Assembly (NCBI GenBank): GCA_036351155.1
Contig: JAZBOO010000085.1
Span: forward strand, 1-3,455
Source: Candidatus Krumholzibacteriia bacterium
GTDB lineage: Bacteria; Krumholzibacteriota; Krumholzibacteriia; LZORAL124-64-63
Direction: 5' to 3'
Length of the DNA stretch: 3,455 nt
The notes under the pieces were generated by a model. That model searched no databases, was not told the origin of the DNA, and saw only the letters and a program-made list of their open reading frames with translations. The translations under genes and the position numbers were made by a program. Within the stretch, counting starts at the first letter, position 1, and every line of letters begins with the position of its first letter. Below are positions 1 to 3,455 of this stretch, piece by piece.

Positions 1-568
1 CCACGGGCACCTTCAGATCAGTGGGAGCAAAATTGAAGATCCCGATAACGCCAGCTGCCACCAGCCGATCGGTGACGGCCTGGGCGTGCGCCGAGGGCAC
101 CGTCAGGATGGCGATCTTTATTTTTTCCCGCGTGATGGCCTCTTCCATTTCATCCATGTCCTGAACCGTCCGGCCCCGGAAATCCAGGCCGATCAGCTTG
201 GGGTTCACGTCAAAAATGCCCCGCACGGGAAAGCCCTGCAGTTCCAGGTTCTGGTAGTTGGCCAGGGCCTGACCCAGGTGACCCGCCCCCACGATGGCCG
301 TGGGCACCGGTTCGGCGATGCCGATGATCTTTTCCAGGGCCGGGACCAGTTTATCGACCTGGTAGGGACGGCCAGGACGGCTGAAGCCGCCAAAATAATG
401 GAAATCGTGCCGCAACTGGCTGGCCTTGATGTCCAGGGATTCGGCGAGCTGGCGGGAGGAAACGTCCTCCACCCCGATGGCCTGCAACAACTTCAACTTT
501 TCCAGATACAGGGGAAGCCTGAGGATCGTGGCGTCGGGGACATCGTGACATTTGCGAATTTTCTTCAC
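1..568 (-). CDS. rex: Redox-sensing transcriptional repressor Rex (3' end truncated by window edge)
   Basis: Manual translation from GTG at 568-566, open to the edge: MKKIRKCHDVPDATILRLPLYLEKLKLLQAIGVEDVSSRQLAESLDIKASQLRHDFHYFGGFSRPGRPYQVDKLVPALEKIIGIAEPVPTAIVGAGHLGQALANYQNLELQGFPVRGIFDVNPKLIGLDFRGRTVQDMDEMEEAITREKIKIAILTVPSAHAQAVTDRLVAAGVIGIFNFAPTDLKVPV. Rex hallmarks: N-terminal P-x-AT-x-x-RLP-x-Y, SS-x-x-LA, winged helix R-x-D-x-x-YFG, Rossmann GAGxLG-x-AL-x-x-Y, FD-x-x-P, IAILTVP...AQ and GI-x-NFAP. GAGGAG RBS 6 nt upstream. Confidence 0.95.
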   Translation of the reverse strand, partial: MKKIRKCHDVPDATILRLPLYLEKLKLLQAIGVEDVSSRQLAESLDIKASQLRHDFHYFGGFSRPGRPYQVDKLVPALEKIIGIAEPVPTAIVGAGHLGQALANYQNLELQGFPVRGIFDVNPKLIGLDFRGRTVQDMDEMEEAITREKIKIAILTVPSAHAQAVTDRLVAAGVIGIFNFAPTDLKVPV

Positions 569-574
569 CTGAGG

Positions 575-580
575 CTCCTC
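575..580 (-). promoter_or_regulatory. Shine-Dalgarno site of rex
   Basis: ctcctc on + reads GAGGAG on -, 6 nt before the GTG at 568. Confidence 0.85.
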
Positions 581-583
581 TTG

Positions 584-601
584 CTGTTATTTCAATAACA
601 A
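584..601. promoter_or_regulatory. Putative Rex operator (box 1)
   Basis: CTGTTATTTCAATAACAA contains the perfect inverted repeat TGTTATT-TC-AATAACA (585-600). The 18-bp geometry matches the Rex consensus TTGTGAA-N4-TTCACAA, with TGTTA/TAACA in place of TGTGA/TCACA. It lies just upstream of the rex RBS. Confidence 0.65.
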
Positions 602-624
602 TATTTCAATTCAAGGGGCAAATC

Positions 625-642
625 TTGTTAGTTTTTTACCAG
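625..642. promoter_or_regulatory. Putative Rex operator (box 2)
   Basis: TTGTTAGTTTTTTACCAG (minus strand CTGGTA-AAAAAC-TAACAA) has the same 6-N6-6 geometry as box 1 with one arm mismatch to it. It overlaps the predicted rex transcription start near 640. Confidence 0.5.
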
Positions 643-646
643 CTTC

Positions 647-675
647 AGATTAGTGGCACCTGTTAATTTCGTCAA
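647..675 (-). promoter_or_regulatory. sigma70-type promoter driving rex
   Basis: Minus strand: -35 TTGACG (675-670), 17-nt spacer, -10 TAATCT (652-647, conserved T-A...T positions). Confidence 0.6.
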
Positions 676-794
676 GGGTCCTTGTCGGGTATTTCTGGAG
701 GTTTGCCCCGCTGAAAACTATTTTTCGGCGGTGCCCTCTTCACCAGATCGTCGCACCGGATCCCGGCTTGCCGGAAAACCCGAGAGATACCGAC

Positions 795-2720
795 ATGGAC
801 AATGCCTTCACGCTCAAGGATCCCTGGCTTCTGCAACCACTCCCGATGTTCGGCGACCTGGACGACGCCGGCTACGCCGAACTGGGCTTCATGGTGGGCC
901 TGGAAGTTCATCAGCAGCTCCTGACCAGGCGCAAGCTGTTCTGCCGCTGTCCGGCCGGCCAGTACAACAAAGAGGATCACCAGGCGGAGGTGCTGCGCCA
1001 CATGCGGCCCACCCTGTCGGAAATGGGCGAGTACGACGGCACGGCTTTGATGGAATTCAAGACTCGTAAAAACATTATCTATCTTCTGAACAACCAGACC
1101 GTGTGCACCTACGAGATGGACGATGCGCCCCCCTTCGAGATCGACGATGAGGCCCTGGACCGCAGCATTGCCGTGACCATGATGCTGGGCTGCAACGTGG
1201 TGGGCGAGGTGCACATCACCCGCAAGCAGTACCTGGACGGCAGCATCCCCACGGGATTCCAGCGCACCGCCATCATCGGCACCGACGGGGATATTCCCTA
1301 CCGCGACCGGCAGATCCATATCAGGCAAGTCAGCATCGAGGAGGACTCGTGCCGCGAGGTCAGCGACGAGGGGCACGTGCGCACCTACCTGACCGACCGG
1401 CTGGGCATGCCCCTGATCGAGACGGTGACCGATCCCGATATGAAAACCCCGCTCGAGGCCATGGAAGTGGGGCAGGTCATCCGCCATCTGGCCCGCAGCA
1501 GCGGACTGGTGCGGACCGGCAGCGGCGCCGGCCGGCAGGATGTCAACGTGTCGGTCACCGGCGGCACCCGCATCGAGATCAAGGGCGTCAACAGCCTGCG
1601 CGCCATTCCCCGTCTGGTGCACAACGAGGCCCTGCGCCAGCGCACCCTGGTGGGCATTCAGGGTGAGTTGAAAAGGCGCGGCATCACCCCGGAAACCATT
1701 GCCGACAAGGGATTCGATGTGACCTCCATTGTGCGGGGCACCGAGTGCCGGTTCATCGCCAAGGCCCTGGAAAAAGGAGCCACCGCTCTGGCCATTCCCC
1801 TGCCCGGCTTCCAGGGATTGCTGCAGCTGCAAACCCAGCCGCGCACCAGTTTCCTCAAGGAGTTCAGCGACCGCATCCGGGTCATCGCCTGTATCGACTA
1901 CCTGCCCAACCTGGCGCTGTCCACCCAGGACGTGCCCACCCTCAGCAGCGGCGAATGGGACCGCGTGATCAGGACCTGTGGGGTGGCGGCGGATGTGCCG
2001 GTCATCGTGGTCTGGGGGCGGCAGCTGGACGTGGAAACCGCCGTTCGCGAGGTGGCCATCCGAGCCCGCGAGGCCTGTGAAGGTGTGCCCCAGGAAACGC
2101 GACAGGCGCTCGAGGACGGAACCAACGGATTCGAGCGCATCCTCCCCGGAGCCGACCGCATGTACCCGGACACCGACCTGCCCCCCATCGCCCTGGACGA
2201 TGAACGGGTGGAGGGCATCCGCAGCACGTTGCCGCCCGCTCCCTGGGTACGACGTGACCGGGCCCTCGAAATGGGCGTGGGCCCGGACCTGGCCGAGCGT
2301 CTGGGCCGCCATCGCGCCTGGGATCTTTTTCAGCATCTGGCGCCGAAGCTGGAACCGGATGCACATCTCACAGCTCATCAGCTGGCCAGTTTGCTGCTGG
2401 ATCGCTCGGCCCCTCGGCCTGCCAGCTTGAAAGTGGCGGGCTCATGGTGGGAAGATGCCATGACCCGCCTGGTCCGGGGCGAAATCCTGCCGGAGTCGGT
2501 GTGGCTGAGCGAAGACGAGTTGCTGCCCCGGCTGGACGAAGAGACCGCCCGCCGCCTGGTGGACAAGGCCCTGGCTGTGCTGCCCGAGGGGCTGCCACGG
2601 GACCCGCAGAAAAGAATCAACTGCCTGATGCCGCTGGCCATGATCGAAATCAGAGGCCGATTTGCCGGCCGAACCGTGCGCACCTGGCTGGAAGCCCGGG
2701 TCGAGGAGGAGCAATCGTGA
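795..2720 (+). CDS. gatE: Glutamyl-tRNA(Gln) amidotransferase subunit E
   Basis: ORF 768..2720; the ATG at 795, preceded by GAGAGA (782-787), is preferred over TTG 768 and gives 641 aa. GatE-type motifs: YAELGFMVGLEVHQQL, KLFCRCP, RPTLSEMGEYD, DGSIPTGFQRT, IEEDSCR, DRLGMPLIE-x-x-T-x-PD, RQDVNVS, RIEIKGV, the AspRS-like insertion (DVT...LAIPLPGFQGLL...QP), GVPQETR, PGADRMYPDTDLPP and a C-terminal LM-x-x-AM-x-x-IRGR-x-x-G tail. The insertion domain and the adjacent gatD distinguish it from GatB. Confidence 0.95.
   Translation: MDNAFTLKDPWLLQPLPMFGDLDDAGYAELGFMVGLEVHQQLLTRRKLFCRCPAGQYNKEDHQAEVLRHMRPTLSEMGEYDGTALMEFKTRKNIIYLLNNQTVCTYEMDDAPPFEIDDEALDRSIAVTMMLGCNVVGEVHITRKQYLDGSIPTGFQRTAIIGTDGDIPYRDRQIHIRQVSIEEDSCREVSDEGHVRTYLTDRLGMPLIETVTDPDMKTPLEAMEVGQVIRHLARSSGLVRTGSGAGRQDVNVSVTGGTRIEIKGVNSLRAIPRLVHNEALRQRTLVGIQGELKRRGITPETIADKGFDVTSIVRGTECRFIAKALEKGATALAIPLPGFQGLLQLQTQPRTSFLKEFSDRIRVIACIDYLPNLALSTQDVPTLSSGEWDRVIRTCGVAADVPVIVVWGRQLDVETAVREVAIRAREACEGVPQETRQALEDGTNGFERILPGADRMYPDTDLPPIALDDERVEGIRSTLPPAPWVRRDRALEMGVGPDLAERLGRHRAWDLFQHLAPKLEPDAHLTAHQLASLLLDRSAPRPASLKVAGSWWEDAMTRLVRGEILPESVWLSEDELLPRLDEETARRLVDKALAVLPEGLPRDPQKRINCLMPLAMIEIRGRFAGRTVRTWLEARVEEEQS
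2703..2711 (+). promoter_or_regulatory. Shine-Dalgarno site of gatD, inside the gatE 3' end
   Basis: GAGGAGGAG ends 5 nt before GTG 2717. The gatD start overlaps the gatE stop (GTGA, 2717-2720). Confidence 0.85.
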
Positions 2721-3455
2721 GCGCCCCCAACGAAGACTTCAAGGGCTACCGCACGCCCACGCTGGAACTCTTGCAAAGGGAAGAGTCTCCGGTCTGGAGC
2801 CAGGTCACCCTGCACACCACCCGCGGCGAATTTTCCGGCCTGATCCTGCCCCGCAGCGAGACCGCCGACGCCCTGCACATCGTCCTGAAGCTGGACACCG
2901 GCTACAACATCGGCATTCGCCACGACACGGTCGAGCGCATCAGCGTGCACGGCCGCAAGGTGGCCAACTACCAGATCCCCGAGAAGGCCTTTCCCTTCGA
3001 TCCGGTCAAACCCCGGGTCAAGCTGTTCGGCACCGGGGGGACCATCGCCAGCCGTCTGGATTACCGGACCGGTGCGGTGATTCCCGCCTTCAGCCCCGGC
3101 GAGCTCTATGGATCTGTGCCCGAGCTGGCCGACATCTGCAACATGGAAACCGAGAAGCTTTACGGCGTGTTCAGCGAGAACATGGGCCCCGAACAGTGGA
3201 TGGGTACGGCGCGCGCCATCGCCGCCGAGATCGAGAAGGGTGTGGCCGGCATCGTGGTCGGGCACGGAACCGACACCATGCACCACACCGCGGCCGCCCT
3301 GAGCTTCATGGTGCAGGATTCCCCCGTGCCCATCGTCATGGTGGGCAGCCAGCGCAGCAGCGACCGCCCCAGCAGCGACGCGGCCATCAACCTGATCAAC
3401 TCGACCCGCACCGCGGCGACCAGCGATATCGCCGAGGTCATGGTCTGCATGTTCG
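2717..3455 (+). CDS. gatD: Glutamyl-tRNA(Gln) amidotransferase subunit D (3' end truncated by window edge)
   Basis: Manual translation, open to the edge: MSAPNEDFKGYRTPTLELLQREESPVWSQVTLHTTRGEFSGLILPRSETADALHIVLKLDTGYNIGIRHDTVERISVHGRKVANYQIPEKAFPFDPVKPRVKLFGTGGTIASRLDYRTGAVIPAFSPGELYGSVPELADICNMETEKLYGVFSENMGPEQWMGTARAIAAEIEKGVAGIVVGHGTDTMHHTAAALSFMVQDSPVPIVMVGSQRSSDRPSSDAAINLINSTRTAATSDIAEVMVCMF. It has the GatD N-terminal domain (G-x-I-L-P-R...IVLKLDTGYNIG), asparaginase catalytic motifs TGGTIAS and HGTDTM, and the GatD signatures SRLDYRTGAV, SENM and GSQRSSDRPSSDA. Confidence 0.96.
   Translation, partial: MSAPNEDFKGYRTPTLELLQREESPVWSQVTLHTTRGEFSGLILPRSETADALHIVLKLDTGYNIGIRHDTVERISVHGRKVANYQIPEKAFPFDPVKPRVKLFGTGGTIASRLDYRTGAVIPAFSPGELYGSVPELADICNMETEKLYGVFSENMGPEQWMGTARAIAAEIEKGVAGIVVGHGTDTMHHTAAALSFMVQDSPVPIVMVGSQRSSDRPSSDAAINLINSTRTAATSDIAEVMVCMF

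Noticed and set aside
552..570. Canonical-like Rex box TTGCGAA-TTTTC-TTCACCT over the rex start codon
   Set aside because: The spacer is 5 nt rather than 4 and there are three arm mismatches; it is explained by coding sequence.
86..598. 170-aa plus-strand ORF
   Set aside because: Antisense shadow of rex with no recognisable motifs; the minus-strand frame carries clear Rex signatures and an RBS.
768..794. TTG 768 as the gatE start
   Set aside because: No SD upstream; ATG 795 has a purine-rich GAGAGA at suitable spacing.
680..794. T-box, riboswitch or terminator in the gatE leader, including the CCGG-CTTG-CCGG hairpin at 763-774
   Set aside because: No T-box consensus is visible and the leader is short; the hairpin has only a 4-bp stem and no U-tract.
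653..1069. 138-aa plus-strand ORF and the other short alternative-frame ORFs inside rex, gatE and gatD
   Set aside because: Out-of-frame overlaps with well-supported genes, with Arg/Pro/Gly-rich composition typical of non-coding frames in GC-rich DNA.
672..2378. 568-aa minus-strand ORF
   Set aside because: Antisense shadow of gatE, as commonly seen with GC-rich codon bias; no family motifs.
795..2720. Calling the large ORF gatB
   Set aside because: It is too long for GatB, has the GatE insertion and GatE-type motifs, and its partner is gatD rather than gatA/gatC.
2378..3286. 302-aa minus-strand ORF
   Set aside because: Antisense to the gatE end and gatD; no motifs.
2717..3455. Calling the last ORF a plain L-asparaginase (ansA)
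   Set aside because: It has the GatD N-terminal domain and the GSQRSSDRPSSD signature, and is coupled to gatE.

Overview
GC-rich window with a bacterial-type layout. On the minus strand is a Rex-family redox-sensing (NADH/NAD+) repressor gene (GTG at 568, runs off the left edge, missed by the ORF track). An AT-rich intergenic region carries a sigma70-like promoter and Rex-box-like palindromes. Divergently on the plus strand is a translationally coupled gatE-gatD pair encoding the heterodimeric Glu-tRNA(Gln) amidotransferase GatDE (gatD starts at GTG 2717, runs off the right edge, also missed by the ORF track). GatDE is classically regarded as archaea-specific, so an apparently intact pair in a bacterial context, in E-D order and next to an atypical Rex, is the main point of interest. 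All family calls come from manual translation and motif recognition; no searches were run.
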